Source: an uncultured Pseudomonadota bacterium
Lineage (GTDB): Bacteria > SAR324 > NAC60-12
Length of the DNA: 14,019 nt
Assembly: GCA_913020725.1 (NCBI GenBank)
Contig: CAJWCD010000097.1
Location: 1-14,019, forward strand
Reading direction: 5' to 3'
Shown here: piece by piece, positions 13,961 to 14,019 of the stretch
Layout of the letters: each line of letters starts with the position of its first letter
Numbering within the stretch: position 1 is the stretch's first letter
The notes under the pieces: generated by a model
What the model saw: the letters and a program-made list of their open reading frames with translations, nothing else
What the model was told of the DNA's origin: nothing
Databases searched by the model: none
Made by a program: the position numbers and the translations under genes

Positions 13961-14019
13961 TCATATTTTCCCTTGGTTCTTGCTCCAAGCTTCATATTCC
14001 TTCTGCGCCTCTTCATTGA
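13961..14019 (-). CDS. 3' end of a gene entering from the right edge (...NEEAQKEYEAWSKNQGKI*)
   Basis: Open minus-strand frame from the window edge to TGA at 13963-13961; the stop overlaps a downstream ATG (ATGA). Product cannot be assigned. Confidence 0.5.
   Translation of the reverse strand, partial: NEEAQKEYEAWSKNQGKI

Larger units (their letters stand above)
12032..14019. mobile_element. Edge of a genomic island integrated at the tRNA-Met 3' end (continues beyond the window; no integrase visible)
   Basis: Abrupt GC drop right after CCA, arm-type repeats at 12100-12145, a gene with foreign composition and decayed fragments. Confidence 0.7.

Noticed and set aside
12032..14019. CRISPR array, integrase or transposase in the island portion
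   Set aside because: No regularly spaced repeats with spacers, and no tyrosine-recombinase or DDE motifs in any frame I read.

Overview
This is a bacterial chromosomal window. Positions 1-12031 are a high-GC backbone (roughly 60% by eye). It holds the start of a divergent gene and an orphan Na+-translocating decarboxylase beta subunit (oadB-type) with an unusual signal peptide plus a degenerate biotinyl/lipoyl-like N-terminal domain. Next come a minus-strand TerB-like + dGTPase pair, a plus-strand operon of a YbgC-type thioesterase and three paralogous TPR-tailed lipoproteins, and a tandem-XRE regulator. A minus-strand alpha/beta-hydrolase / outer-membrane beta-barrel / yciO operon follows, then a double zinc-finger protein fused to an apparently inactivated T5orf172/MUG113-type GIY-YIG domain, and an elongator tRNA-Met(CAT). 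Directly after the tRNA 3' end the GC content drops (about 48% and then 23-30% in lines I counted) and tandem arm-type repeats appear, marking the edge of a genomic island. The island carries a mutarotase-fold-like hypothetical gene, a frameshifted AT-rich beta-barrel gene fragment and truncated genes. The best candidates for undescribed biology are the three-lipoprotein operon, the exported biotinyl-like domain on OadB, the terB-dGTPase pair and the ZnF/dead-GIY-YIG protein. All family calls come from motif recognition by eye; no searches were run.
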